From Candidatus Lustribacter sp. (lineage in GTDB: Bacteria > Vulcanimicrobiota > Vulcanimicrobiia > Vulcanimicrobiales > Vulcanimicrobiaceae): a stretch of DNA of 64,000 nucleotides. The DNA lies in assembly GCA_965277805.1 (NCBI GenBank), contig OZ255842.1, forward strand, positions 576,001-640,000, in the 5' to 3' direction. Positions 1-9,824 of this stretch are shown here, one piece after another (the stretch's first letter is position 1; every line of letters begins with the position of its first letter). The position numbers and the translations under genes were made by a program. The notes beneath the pieces are model-generated. The model searched no databases and was not told where the DNA came from. It saw only the letters and a program-made list of their open reading frames with translations.

Positions 1-2
1 CC

Positions 3-2168
3 GCAGCAGGGCACAACTTGCCGGCGCGGCTGACGTCGTTTATTGGTCGTGATGATGAGATGGCGGAGCTCAGAACGCTTTTGTTGGCGCATCGCCTCGT
101 AACGGTCACCGGCTCCGGCGGCGTCGGCAAGACCCGTATCGCCGTCGAAGCTGCGCGAGATCTTTTTAACGCGCGCTTTGCGGAAGCGCGGTTCGTCAAT
201 GTCGCGCCGGTGGAGTCGGGCGCTTTCCTTGCCGCGACGATCGCGGCCGCGCTCGACGTTCCGCTGCCGGAGGTAGCCGAACCGCTGCATGCGCTTGCGC
301 AGGGTCTAAAGACTCGGCGACTCGTGTTGATTCTCGATAACTGCGAGCATATCGTCGACGATGCTGCGGCTGCCGCCGTAACGATTCTGAGCGCTTGTCC
401 AAATGTGACGATCTTGGCGACGAGTCGCGAGCGGCTGGCAGTCGAGGGTGAACGCGTCTATCGTCTGCCGTCCCTTCCCGTACCGGATGGCACTCCCGCG
501 ACGATCGAGGAAGCGTGCACTTACGCGTCGTTTCGCCTGTTCGTTGAACGCGCGTCGTTGAGTGGTGCTCACTGGGTGCCGACCGCGACGAGCCTGAGGG
601 CCGGTGCCGAAATCTGCCGGCGACTCGAAGGGATTCCGCTAGCGCTCGAGCTTGCGGCAACGCGACTCGCGGTCCTCGGTCTTGAAGCGCTCAACGATCG
701 CCTCAAGGGACACTTCCTGACTACATCCGGTACGCGCGACCTCCCACAGCGTCAACAAACCATGCTGGCCACGATTGCCTGGAGCTACGATCTGTTGAGT
801 TCGCAAGAGCAGAACCTGCTGCAACGGCTAGCGGTATTTCGCGGCGGAAGCACGTTAGCGGCGGCGGCTGCCGTTTGCGACGATCGCATCGTCTCCGCTG
901 AAGATGTTCCGGACCTGGTTGCCGCCCTCGTCGGCAAGTCGCTGCTCTTTCCCATGATCGGCGAACCGGGGAGGTTCGTCATGCTCGAATCCGTTCGGGA
1001 ATTTGCGCTCGGCAAGCTGCACGAAGCGGGGGCATTCGATTCGGCGGCAAGGGCGCATGCTCTGTGGTTGGCAACGGTGGCCGACCGTGCGCACGAACTC
1101 TGGCTGGAGATCTCGCAGGAGCAATGGTGGGCTGAGTTCGCGCCCGAGCTAGACAACGTGCGCGCTGCGCTCGAGTGGTGTCTCAATAGCGATGCTGAGG
1201 GGGACATGCTCCTTGCCGGACGCATCTTGGGCGGCTTGCGCACGTTGTGGCTGCGCCGCAGCTGGCACGCTGAGTGTAACGCCTGGTGCACGGCTATTCT
1301 GCAGCGATTGGACGTCGAGCAGCATCCGATCGTCGCAGCTCGCGTTATGCGCGCTGAATTTCAATCGGCGCGAGGGGAGTCCAAGTTAGAAGCCGGCCGG
1401 CGGGCAATTCCGGTTTTCGAACAGATCGATGACCGCCGAGGCCTTACCTTGCTCTACGCAACGATGGCAGTGGATTTCGGTCGCTTCGAAGCGCTCAATG
1501 AGGCGGATCAGTTCATTTCGAAAGCCTTTGCGCTCGCTCGTCAAGAGAAGCTTCAAGGAACGTATGACTACGTTATTCTGCTCGAATTCCGTTGCCGGGT
1601 GCATCTACGGTTGGGACGGCTTCGGGCTGCCCGCGCCGATCTGACCAACGCAAAGCGAATTCGAATCACGATCGGGGAGAGAATTGACGCCCGAATACAA
1701 TTGACGTTGGAAGGGCTGGTCGAACTTGCAGAAGGCAATGTCCGGCGATCGGTGGAGCTCTTCAAAGCCTCCGTGGCCCAAGGTCTCCAGACCTCAAAAG
1801 CGCTAACGGAATCGCACGTTGCGCTGTGCGTTGCCCACCTCTTGCTCGCCGATATGGAAGCCGCGGAGAGCGGTGTACTGGAGGTTATGGAGTTGTCGCG
1901 CAACGCTCCATTTGACGTGATGAGTGCGGTGCTCTTGCGCGCCATGGTTCTGGCCGTTCGAGGCCGGCCGAGTGAGGCCGCTCGCTTCTTCGGTTTCGTT
2001 AAAGCAAACGGCCCTTGGGAGCTGCGTTCGCAGGCGGTGCTTCCTGGTGTGGACATCCTTACGAGGTCTCTGAACGAGCAGCTCCCGCCCGAAACGCTTG
2101 CCGAATTGATGGCCGAAGGGGCAGAGCTCGATGCGGATCGAGCTCTTGAAGAAGCCCTCGCCGGCTAG
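3..2168 (+). CDS. STAND/NB-ARC-like predicted ATPase with C-terminal TPR-like helical region (5' partial)
   Basis: Frame is open from the window edge (AAGHNLPARLTSFIGR). Walker A GSGGVGKT, Walker B LVLILDNCEH, motifs GIPLALELAA and RLAVFRGG. The N-terminal domain lies outside the window. Confidence 0.85.
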   Translation, partial: AAGHNLPARLTSFIGRDDEMAELRTLLLAHRLVTVTGSGGVGKTRIAVEAARDLFNARFAEARFVNVAPVESGAFLAATIAAALDVPLPEVAEPLHALAQGLKTRRLVLILDNCEHIVDDAAAAAVTILSACPNVTILATSRERLAVEGERVYRLPSLPVPDGTPATIEEACTYASFRLFVERASLSGAHWVPTATSLRAGAEICRRLEGIPLALELAATRLAVLGLEALNDRLKGHFLTTSGTRDLPQRQQTMLATIAWSYDLLSSQEQNLLQRLAVFRGGSTLAAAAAVCDDRIVSAEDVPDLVAALVGKSLLFPMIGEPGRFVMLESVREFALGKLHEAGAFDSAARAHALWLATVADRAHELWLEISQEQWWAEFAPELDNVRAALEWCLNSDAEGDMLLAGRILGGLRTLWLRRSWHAECNAWCTAILQRLDVEQHPIVAARVMRAEFQSARGESKLEAGRRAIPVFEQIDDRRGLTLLYATMAVDFGRFEALNEADQFISKAFALARQEKLQGTYDYVILLEFRCRVHLRLGRLRAARADLTNAKRIRITIGERIDARIQLTLEGLVELAEGNVRRSVELFKASVAQGLQTSKALTESHVALCVAHLLLADMEAAESGVLEVMELSRNAPFDVMSAVLLRAMVLAVRGRPSEAARFFGFVKANGPWELRSQAVLPGVDILTRSLNEQLPPETLAELMAEGAELDADRALEEALAG

Positions 2169-2974
2169 TGCGAAATCGTCTTAATTGCGTCTTCGATCGC
2201 GGCTACGGTGACTTCCGGATGCGCGATCATACTCGGATGGTCTCCGCCGGGAACGTGGTAGATTTTCGACTTAGCGCGTGTCGCGAATTTGAGCTGAATG
2301 GGTGGCGGAATGACTTTATCGGCATCGCCGATCACATACCAAGAGGGAATCGTCTTCCAACCCTCCGCATCCGGCGCTTTGTCCGTGAACGCGCGGAGGG
2401 TGAACGGCCGCTGGGTAGCAGCTAACCGAGCCGCCACATTCGCCGGTTCCGCCGACGCGAACACGAGCCCGAAGTATTTGGAATTGACGTACGTATCGGT
2501 ATCGGCACCGTCAGGCGTCTTAAGCGTAATCAAGAAATCCGCCGGCGCCGGCGGCGCGCTCGCGAGTTCTGATTGACACGATTCACCGCCGGCCGGCGCG
2601 AATGCATCGACGTAGACCAGCGCCTTCACATTTGGTGAGTTGGCCGAGGCGACGCTGATCACGGAACCGCCATACGAGTGGCCTACGAGAACGACGCGAC
2701 CGGGTATGGTTTTGAGGTAGGTCGAGATCACCGCCGCATCGGAGGCCAAACTGCGAAGCGTATTGGGCAGCGCGGTGACGGCATAGCCGTCCTTGAGCAG
2801 CAAGTCCACGACGCCGTTCCAGCTAGAAGAGTCCGCCCACGCACCGTGGACGAGGACGATCGTCGGCTTCACGGTTTGTGCTGACGCACCGCTTGAAGCG
2901 AGACCGAGCGTCGAGGCGAATCCGACCGTGCAGGCGAGCGCCGATAGCCGGGATAGAGTGCCGGTGAGTTTCAT
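2165..2974 (-). CDS. Secreted alpha/beta hydrolase
   Basis: Signal peptide ending ASA-Q, VHGAWAD, nucleophile elbow GHSYGG, C-terminal Asp and His (DKVI, GDHP). Confidence 0.9.
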   Translation of the reverse strand: MKLTGTLSRLSALACTVGFASTLGLASSGASAQTVKPTIVLVHGAWADSSSWNGVVDLLLKDGYAVTALPNTLRSLASDAAVISTYLKTIPGRVVLVGHSYGGSVISVASANSPNVKALVYVDAFAPAGGESCQSELASAPPAPADFLITLKTPDGADTDTYVNSKYFGLVFASAEPANVAARLAATQRPFTLRAFTDKAPDAEGWKTIPSWYVIGDADKVIPPPIQLKFATRAKSKIYHVPGGDHPSMIAHPEVTVAAIEDAIKTISH

Positions 2975-3025
2975 TTATGTGAAATCCTTACGCCATTGCG
3001 GCAGCATTGCAGATGAGTGCGGGAA

Positions 3026-3454
3026 CTAGCGCGATGCTAGCTCAGAATGGGTTGATGCCCAAGCGACAATTTTGTTATTTGCGGACTGCGGTTGCGTTGC
3101 GGCTCGGTATTGCCCCGGAGTAATGCCGGCATAGCGTACGAACTGACGCGTAAAGTAGCTGAGGTCGCTAAAGCCCGCGACTTCGCAGGCGCGCGCAACG
3201 GTGACGTCGCCGCTGCCGAGAAGACGTTGTGCCGCAATGACGCGGCGTCTGATGATCCACGCCGTAACGGGCAGCCCCGTCGATCGGCGGATGGTCGTCG
3301 TGAGATGGCTTGCGGAATAGCCGACGGCTGCCGCCACGTGGCGCAGACTGATCGCCTCTGAAAAGTGAAGTTCGATGAATTCCGCGACCCGTTCGTTAAT
3401 CGATGAATCGCCGCGCGCCGTGGTCCAGGTGTGAACGTCGAAAGTTGTTTGCAT
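3026..3454 (-). CDS. Small AraC-family transcriptional regulator (HTH domain only)
   Basis: AraC signature GFSDLSYFTRQFVRYAGITPGQYR. ATG at 3454 chosen because TACTAT lies just upstream. Confidence 0.85.
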   Translation of the reverse strand: MQTTFDVHTWTTARGDSSINERVAEFIELHFSEAISLRHVAAAVGYSASHLTTTIRRSTGLPVTAWIIRRRVIAAQRLLGSGDVTVARACEVAGFSDLSYFTRQFVRYAGITPGQYRAATQPQSANNKIVAWASTHSELASR

Positions 3455-3554
3455 CTTGGAGCAATAGTAGACGGCGGGCGCGGAGCCGGCCACGAACGAT
3501 TCGTACACATACCCCGTACACTTGCGACGGCGATTAGGCGGCACGGTTCCTGAG

Positions 3555-3590
3555 AAAAAAGCAGCGGCGCTGACTTCAGGCCGCTGCTTT
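3555..3590 (-). terminator. Intrinsic terminator
   Basis: Minus strand reads AAAGCAGCGGC-loop-GCCGCTGCTTTTTT, directly after the 3616-3936 gene. Confidence 0.8.
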
Positions 3591-3615
3591 CCGTATCAAC
3601 CCAAATCGGCGATCG

Positions 3616-3936
3616 TTAGTTGTTGGGATTCCCGTTATAGCCCGGGTAACGGGGCTCGAGGCGAAGTTCGTCCATAATGACGGTCATTGCAAACTGCGCC
3701 TTTGCCTTTTGCTGGGCGGTCATGTCTGCCATCGCGGCCGCCATCGCGCTGCGGATTTTGGCAACATTCACGGGGTGGCACAGAACCCGTGTATTTCGAA
3801 GCGTGGCATTCGGAGTTTCGTTCGTCTTCGCCGGTCGGCAAACGATGGGCCCGGTGACGGGCGCGGTCTGGGCAATCGCTAGCGCGGGAAGGCTCGAGGC
3901 GGCCGCGATTGCGGCCATGAGAATGAAGCGTTTCAT
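3616..3936 (-). CDS. Small secreted hypothetical protein
   Basis: Signal peptide MKRFILMAAIAAASSLPALAIAQ, two Cys, GGGAG RBS, TAGAAT upstream, terminator downstream. Confidence 0.75.
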   Translation of the reverse strand: MKRFILMAAIAAASSLPALAIAQTAPVTGPIVCRPAKTNETPNATLRNTRVLCHPVNVAKIRSAMAAAMADMTAQQKAKAQFAMTVIMDELRLEPRYPGYNGNPNN

Positions 3937-4090
3937 GATGATTCTCCCAAGATGGAAAGCGGCAGGGATATGACGGCATTCTAGGGCGGGGAGGCGAGAG
4001 AAGTAAGCGACGATTTTTCGCCGGACCCAATGATTTCACAAAGATCTTCGCATTGTTGTCAGCGGCGAAGGGGCTAACGTTGGCGAAGTC

Positions 4091-4765
4091 ATGTTTGATC
4101 TAAATCTCAACGGCAGGACCGCCGTCATCTCGGGATCCGCGGCCGGGATCGGCTTCGCCGCCGCGAGCGCGCTTACGGCGCTCGGCGCGCGTCCGAACGA
4201 AGTGTTCGTGCGTGCCCGATGCCGATATCCTGATCAACAACCCCGCCATCTTCGCGCCGCAGCCGTTCGAAGAAATATCCGACCTCGATTGGTTGCGGTT
4301 TCGGTCGAACGTGCTCAGCGGCGCAAGACTAACGCGCGCCTATCTAGCAGGTAGGCGGGGACGTAATTGGGGCCGCGTCATTTCGCCTCGAGCGAATCGA
4401 GGGTGCAGATTCCTCTCGAGGTGATCCATCACGGTGTCACCAAGACGGCGCAGATCGCGCTGGCCCGCGGTCTGGCCGAATCGGTTGCCGGGAGGGGTAT
4501 TACCGTCAATAGCGTCCTTCCCGCGCCCAAGCGTTCCGAAGGCCTTGGAACCTTCGTGCAGCAATTGGTCGAGCACGAGGGCATCAGCGGGGCGGAGATG
4601 GAGAAGCGCTTCTTCGAGACAGGCCGTCCGTCGCGTTCATCAAGCGGTTCCTCACGAGGGACGAGGTCGCAAACGCCATCGCATACTTGTTTAGGCCGGC
4701 TGCGTCGTGAACGACCGGATCGGCAATGCGCGTTGACGGCGGCACCGTTTCGCAGCATCCCCTAT
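4091..4765 (+). pseudogene. Degraded SDR oxidoreductase
   Basis: SDR segments lie in different frames: SGSAAGIG, DILINN, HGVTK (YxxxK Tyr lost), ITVNSVLP, MRVDGG. At least three frameshifts and an internal deletion. Confidence 0.85.
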
Positions 4766-6021
4766 CCTTCACGCCGGTGCGCGACCGGTTCCTCGACGAA
4801 TGCGACGCCGCGGCGTTCCGGTCCGATGATCGTCAGCACGAAGACGGCGACGAAGACGCCGATCATGATCGTCATCAGCGCCTGCGCATAATTCGCGCCG
4901 CCGCTCGGCGTTTGGAGCGTGGCGGCGTACGCGGCTTCGATCTGCGCCGAACCGGCGGAGATCAGGTTGCCGAGCTGGTAGGTGAAGCCGGGGAACGTTC
5001 CGCGCACGTCGCCGGGTGAGAGCTCGTTCAAGTGGGCGGGAATCACGCCCCACGCGCCTTGCACGAAGAACTGCATGAGGAAGCCGCCGACGGCGAGCAA
5101 CGCCGTGCTCGGCGCGTTCAGCCACAGCGGAATCGTCGCGGCGCCCAAAATGCACGCGAGCAGTATCGTACGTTTGCGGCCGAGCCGTTGCGAGAGGCCG
5201 CCGAAGAGCGTGCCGCCACAGATCGCGCCGATGTTGACGATGATCGTCACCAGCGCCACCGTGTGCGGATCGAATTGGCGCTGCTTGGTCAGGAACGTCG
5301 GATAGAGATCCTGGGAGCCGTGCGAGAGAAAGTTGAACGACGCCATCAGCAAGATCGCGTAGATGTAGAGGATCGGCTGTTTGAGGAACGAGGTCCAAAG
5401 GTTCAGCCGCTCGCCGATCGGTTTCGCCTGTCCGGCGCGCCACGACGGCGATTCTTCGACTTGCGAGCGGATATAGAGCACCAGCAGCGCCGGCAGCGCG
5501 CCGACGATGAACATGCCGCGCCACCCGATCGCTTCAAAGAACAAGCCGAACACCGCCGCCGCGATCAGATAGCCGGTCGCATAGCCTTGCTGCAAGATGC
5601 CCGACGCAACGCCGCGCGCTTTGGCCGGCAGCGTTTCCAGGGCGAGCGCCGCGCCCACGCCCCACTCGCCGCCCATCGCAATGCCGTAGAGGCCGCGTAA
5701 CACGATGAAGATCGTGAAGTTCGGGGAGAACGCGGTGGCAAATTCGATGATCGAGTAGATCAGCACCGAGGCCATCAGCGGACCGCGCCGGCCATACTTG
5801 TCGGCAAACATGCCGAAGATCAGCGCCCCGAGCGGTCGCAGCATCAGCGTGATCGTGATGGCGAACGCGACCTCGGGGATCGCGCGGTTGAAATCCGTCG
5901 CGATGCGCACGACGACGAAGGTGACGAGAAAGAAGTCGAACGCGTCGAGCGTCCAGCCGAGGAACGCCGCGATGAACGCGCGCCACTGTTTTCCGTCGAG
6001 CTCTCGGAGCGGAGCAAACAT
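4762..6021 (-). CDS. MFS carboxylate transporter (sialate:H+ symporter / JEN1-like family)
   Basis: About 12 TM segments, GWTLDAFDFF, ADKYGRR, family signature NFLSHGSQDLYPT. Confidence 0.9.
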   Translation of the reverse strand: MFAPLRELDGKQWRAFIAAFLGWTLDAFDFFLVTFVVVRIATDFNRAIPEVAFAITITLMLRPLGALIFGMFADKYGRRGPLMASVLIYSIIEFATAFSPNFTIFIVLRGLYGIAMGGEWGVGAALALETLPAKARGVASGILQQGYATGYLIAAAVFGLFFEAIGWRGMFIVGALPALLVLYIRSQVEESPSWRAGQAKPIGERLNLWTSFLKQPILYIYAILLMASFNFLSHGSQDLYPTFLTKQRQFDPHTVALVTIIVNIGAICGGTLFGGLSQRLGRKRTILLACILGAATIPLWLNAPSTALLAVGGFLMQFFVQGAWGVIPAHLNELSPGDVRGTFPGFTYQLGNLISAGSAQIEAAYAATLQTPSGGANYAQALMTIMIGVFVAVFVLTIIGPERRGVAFVEEPVAHRREG

Positions 6022-6068
6022 GCACGAACCCTCCCCTGCGGCCCTGCCTCGCAGCCGGCGAAAAGGCC

Positions 6069-6098
6069 TTGACATGTGACTAAATGGTCACATATAAT
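6069..6098 (+). promoter_or_regulatory. Consensus sigma70 promoter with embedded palindromic operator
   Basis: TTGACA (6069-6074), 18 bp spacer, TATAAT (6093-6098). Perfect inverted repeat ATGTGAC-N6-GTCACAT at 6074-6093. ATG follows 6 nt after the -10 box. Confidence 0.85.
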
Positions 6099-6104
6099 CG
6101 GCTC

Positions 6105-6857
6105 ATGGACGAAGTGTTCCGGGCCCTCGCGGACCCGACGCGCCGCAGCCTGCTGGACGAGCTCTTTAAAGAAGACGGCCAGACCCTCAGCGCCCTCGAG
6201 GCGCGCCTGACGATGTCGCGCTTCGGCGTCATGAAGCACCTGCGCGTGCTCGAAGACGCGGGCCTCGTCGTATCGCGCCGGCGCGGGCGCGAGAAGCTGC
6301 ACTTCCTCAACGCCGTTCCGATCCGCCTCATCCACGATCGGTGGGTGAGCAAATACGCCGCGCCGTTTGCCGCTGCGCTGAGCGACCTCAAGACCGATTT
6401 GGAGAAGACCGTGGAAAAAGTATTCGAGATCTATATCAAGACGACGCCCGACCGGCTATGGCAAGCGATCGTCGATCCCGAGCTGCGCGCGAAGTATTCG
6501 TTCGGACTCGGCGTCTATTCCGATTGGAAACCCGGCTCGAGCTACGAAGCGCGCAGCCCGAAAGCGCCGATGGCGATCGTCGAGGGCGAGAACGTCGAGG
6601 TCGATCCGCCGCGCAAGCTCGTGCAGACGTTTCGCGCGCTGTGGAGCGATGCGGTGAAGAGCGAAGGCAACACACGCGTCACGTGGGAGATCGAACCGGT
6701 CGCGGACTCGTGCCGGCTCACCGTCATTCACGATCAGCTGCGCGAAAACGCGAAGCCCGAAATGTACGGCGGCTGGCCGATGATTCTCTCCGGCTTGAAA
6801 ACACTGCTGGAAACCGGCGAGCTACTCACGACGCCGGGTTCATTGATGTATACGTGA
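6105..6857 (+). CDS. ArsR-family regulator fused to SRPBCC/AHSA1 domain
   Basis: VFRALADPTRR...KHLRVLEDAGLV wHTH, then IYIKTTPDRLWQAI...GWPMILSGLKTLLETG. Confidence 0.9.
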   Translation: MDEVFRALADPTRRSLLDELFKEDGQTLSALEARLTMSRFGVMKHLRVLEDAGLVVSRRRGREKLHFLNAVPIRLIHDRWVSKYAAPFAAALSDLKTDLEKTVEKVFEIYIKTTPDRLWQAIVDPELRAKYSFGLGVYSDWKPGSSYEARSPKAPMAIVEGENVEVDPPRKLVQTFRALWSDAVKSEGNTRVTWEIEPVADSCRLTVIHDQLRENAKPEMYGGWPMILSGLKTLLETGELLTTPGSLMYT

Positions 6858-6862
6858 CCATA

Positions 6863-7762
6863 TTAGCGGCGTTTGAGGGTGTCGAGTTCGTCCAGCGTTT
6901 TAGGCCAATCTGCTTTCAATAGGCGGGAGAGGCTGCGGTCGGCGAGGAGGCTGCCGTTGGTTTGGCAGCGGGCGCAATAGTTCGTTTCGTTGTCGGCGTA
7001 ACGGATGCGCTGGACGGGTTCGCCGCAGCGTGGGCACGGTTCGCCGAAGCGGCCGTGCACCGCAAAGTCTTTGCGGAACGCGGTGACGTGTTCGGGGAAC
7101 TCCTCCTTCGCTTCGGCATTCAGACGATCGATCCAATGTTGCAGCGTCGCGCGCGTTGCGTCGTAGAGGCGCTGCCATTCGGCATCGGTGAGTTTCTGCG
7201 TGCGCGTGATCGGCGAGAGCTGCGCGGCGTGGAGGATCTCATCCGAATACGCGTTGCCGATGCCGCTCACGATGCGCGGATCGGTCAGCGCGCGCTTGAG
7301 GGTGCGGTTCTCGATGCTGAGGGCCTGGCGAAACGCGGCGAGGTCGCTGGTGAAGACCTCGATGCCGCCGGGATCGATCTCCTCGAGCGCCTCCGCGCCG
7401 CGCAGCACGTGCAGCGATGCGCGCCGCTTCGTGCCGGCTTCGGTCAGCACGAGCGTACCGTGGGGGAAGTCGAACGCCGCGAGCGCGTTGCGGCCGCCAA
7501 GCTTGGCGTGCGGCGGGCGCCAGTGCAGGCGTCCCGCGATCATGAGATGCAGCACGAGCCACAGGTCGCCGTCGAAGCCGATTGCGATGCGTTTGCCGAT
7601 GCGTCGCAGTTCGCGCACCACCTGGCCCTCGACGCTTGCCAGCGGCGGGTCGGCGGTGCGCAGTAAGAACACGCTCGCGAGACGCACGCGTTCCAGCGGC
7701 TGACTGACGATGCGCGGTTCGAGCGCGCTGATGTAGGCGGAAATATCCGGCAGCTCCGGCAC
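6863..7762 (-). CDS. Fpg/Nei family DNA glycosylase/AP lyase
   Basis: GTG start at 7762 gives the catalytic N-terminal PELP. H2TH motif GIGNAYSDEIL, C-terminal zinc finger CPRC...CARC. Confidence 0.9.
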   Translation of the reverse strand: MPELPDISAYISALEPRIVSQPLERVRLASVFLLRTADPPLASVEGQVVRELRRIGKRIAIGFDGDLWLVLHLMIAGRLHWRPPHAKLGGRNALAAFDFPHGTLVLTEAGTKRRASLHVLRGAEALEEIDPGGIEVFTSDLAAFRQALSIENRTLKRALTDPRIVSGIGNAYSDEILHAAQLSPITRTQKLTDAEWQRLYDATRATLQHWIDRLNAEAKEEFPEHVTAFRKDFAVHGRFGEPCPRCGEPVQRIRYADNETNYCARCQTNGSLLADRSLSRLLKADWPKTLDELDTLKRR

Positions 7763-7819
7763 CGGCACGGGGTTCTGCTCCGCGGCCGGGAAGTCACCCC
7801 GCCAGGAGGGCACATCAGC

Positions 7820-8896
7820 TTGAAGTTTGGCTATTTCACGCTCAGCGACAACCGCTATCCGAACAACCCGCGGACGCCGGAGCGCTTCTTGCACGAGATC
7901 TTCGAGCAGGCCGTATACGCCGACGAGATCGGGTTGAACTCGGCCTGGATCGGCGAGCACCACTTCAACCTGCTCGGCATCAACCCGTGCCCCAACATCA
8001 TGCTTTCGGCGCTGGCCAGTGCCACGAAGAAGATCCGGCTCGCTCCGGCGGTCGTGCTGCTGCCCGTGCACCATCCGCTGCACGTAGCCGAAGAGTGGGC
8101 GACCCTCGACCAGCTCTCCGGCGGCCGCGTCGACTTCGCGGCCGGCCGCGGCTACGACCGCGCCGAGTACGACGGGTTCGGCATCTCGTTCGAGTCGACG
8201 GCCGAGCACTTTGCCGAGGGACTCGATGTCGTGTGGCGCGCGTGGACCGAGCCCGGCAAGTGGTCGCACCACGGCACGTTCTACAACTTCGATAACATCG
8301 AAGTGCGGCCGCGGCCGGTACAGCAGCCGCTGCGCCCGGTCATCGCGTGTTTCTCGCGGCCGACGATGGAACTTGCCGCCAAGCGCGATTGGAACATCAT
8401 CTTCGCGCCGTTTGCCGCCGCGATGGTCTACGGTTCGCTCAAGAACGCGGTCGACGCCTATGCGGAAGAGTGCGCCAAGCATGGCCGCGCGCCGCGCCAG
8501 TCGAGCTGCAGCTACTTCATCCACATCGCCGATGATGCGCAAGAAGAAGCCTACGGCCGCGAGTCGCTGCTGCGCTACTTCAAGGACGCGCTGGTCGCAG
8601 CGTTTCCGGCCGATGCGAAAACGGTGCCGCCGAGTTTGCGCTATTTCCTCGACATCGTGAAGATCCTCAACGATATGCGCGCGGAAGATCTTTCAGCGAA
8701 GTCGGTCCTGGTCGGACCGCCGGAAAAGATCATCGCCGACCTGCGCGAGGTCGAAGCCTCGGGCGTGAGCGAGGTCATCCTGTATTTCAACTACGGGCTC
8801 AAGCCGCACGACATGGTCAAAGATCAGATGCGGCGCTTCATGCGCGACATTGCGCCGGCGTTCGAGCCGGCTAGCGCAGCGCGTTCTGATAGATGA
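7820..8896 (+). CDS. Luciferase-like (LLM class) flavin-dependent oxidoreductase
   Basis: WIGEHHF, HPLHVAEEWATLDQLSGGRVDF; GGAGG RBS before the TTG start. Confidence 0.9.
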   Translation: MKFGYFTLSDNRYPNNPRTPERFLHEIFEQAVYADEIGLNSAWIGEHHFNLLGINPCPNIMLSALASATKKIRLAPAVVLLPVHHPLHVAEEWATLDQLSGGRVDFAAGRGYDRAEYDGFGISFESTAEHFAEGLDVVWRAWTEPGKWSHHGTFYNFDNIEVRPRPVQQPLRPVIACFSRPTMELAAKRDWNIIFAPFAAAMVYGSLKNAVDAYAEECAKHGRAPRQSSCSYFIHIADDAQEEAYGRESLLRYFKDALVAAFPADAKTVPPSLRYFLDIVKILNDMRAEDLSAKSVLVGPPEKIIADLREVEASGVSEVILYFNYGLKPHDMVKDQMRRFMRDIAPAFEPASAARSDR

Positions 8897-9824
8897 GATC
8901 TTTGGCGTCAAACCGATCCGGAATGAACTTATAGCGCGCCGACGCGTCGATTAAGGGCTGCAGGTTGGCCGGGTCGAGCTTCCAGCCTTGAAGCACGCGA
9001 ATCTTGCCGACGTCGCTCGACTGCACCATAGCGAACTTCGTCAACAGGCCGGCCGTCTCGGCATGATGCCCGTTCACGTAGATCGAGGCGTCGCGAATGA
9101 TGCGCATGAAGCGGTTGACGGCGTCGGGATTCTTCTGCGTGTAAGCGATCGTCGTGAACCACGCCGAATCGGTGTGGTGATTTCCGGTGGCGCTGACCGG
9201 ATCGCCGAGCGAGCGCACCGTCCCCGCTGCGAGTGCCGGCGCGAGGAAGGGCTGGATGAGCACGGCTGCATCGATGCGTCCGGCCGTGATCGCCGCCGTT
9301 ACCGAACTCATCGGCAGTTCGAGCAGCTTGACCGTGGATGAGTCGCCGCCGAACTTATCGACCCACGCGCGAACCGAAATCGAAAACGAGTCGTTGATGG
9401 CGGATACGGCAATCGTCTTACCGTTCAAATCGGGCCCGGGACGCAGCGTCGAGTCGGGGCGTACGACGACGTTCGCCGCCGGGTTTGAAACGTCGTAGTC
9501 GCCGGCCGCCGAGATCGCAACGATCGGCAGCCCGTGCACGTGCGCCGTGAGCAGTGAGATGACGCTCGACTTCCCGACGTCGAACGATCCGCCGACGACC
9601 GCCGAGGCCGCGGCCGCGCCGCTCGTGGCGCGCTCGAGCGTGGCGTCGAAGCCATTCTTACGGAAGATCCCGTTTTCCATCGCGTAGAGATATGGCGTCG
9701 CGGCGTCGTCGATCGCCGACGTCGCGCGAAGCGGAGTCAGCGCCTGAGCGCAAGCGCGCCGCGGCGCCAGCGCGACCGCGGCGGCGGAGCCGGCCAGAAA
9801 CGCCGAGCGGCGCAGCGCGCGCAT
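8871..9824 (-). CDS. ABC solute-binding protein, NitT/TauT/SsuA-like
   Basis: Tat-like leader LRRSAFL, DLNGKTIAV, GRIDAA; start overlaps the upstream stop codon. Confidence 0.85.
   Translation of the reverse strand: MRALRRSAFLAGSAAAVALAPRRACAQALTPLRATSAIDDAATPYLYAMENGIFRKNGFDATLERATSGAAAASAVVGGSFDVGKSSVISLLTAHVHGLPIVAISAAGDYDVSNPAANVVVRPDSTLRPGPDLNGKTIAVSAINDSFSISVRAWVDKFGGDSSTVKLLELPMSSVTAAITAGRIDAAVLIQPFLAPALAAGTVRSLGDPVSATGNHHTDSAWFTTIAYTQKNPDAVNRFMRIIRDASIYVNGHHAETAGLLTKFAMVQSSDVGKIRVLQGWKLDPANLQPLIDASARYKFIPDRFDAKDLIYQNALR

Noticed and set aside
6074-6093. CRP box (TGTGA-N6-TCACA) reading of the palindrome
   Set aside because: The spacing between TGTGA and TCACA is 8 rather than 6; its position fits autoregulation by the ArsR protein better.
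7763-8542. 260-aa N-terminal extension of the Fpg/Nei ORF suggesting a fusion
   Set aside because: Antisense to the LLM gene; Fpg/Nei needs Pro at position 2, which fixes the start at 7762.
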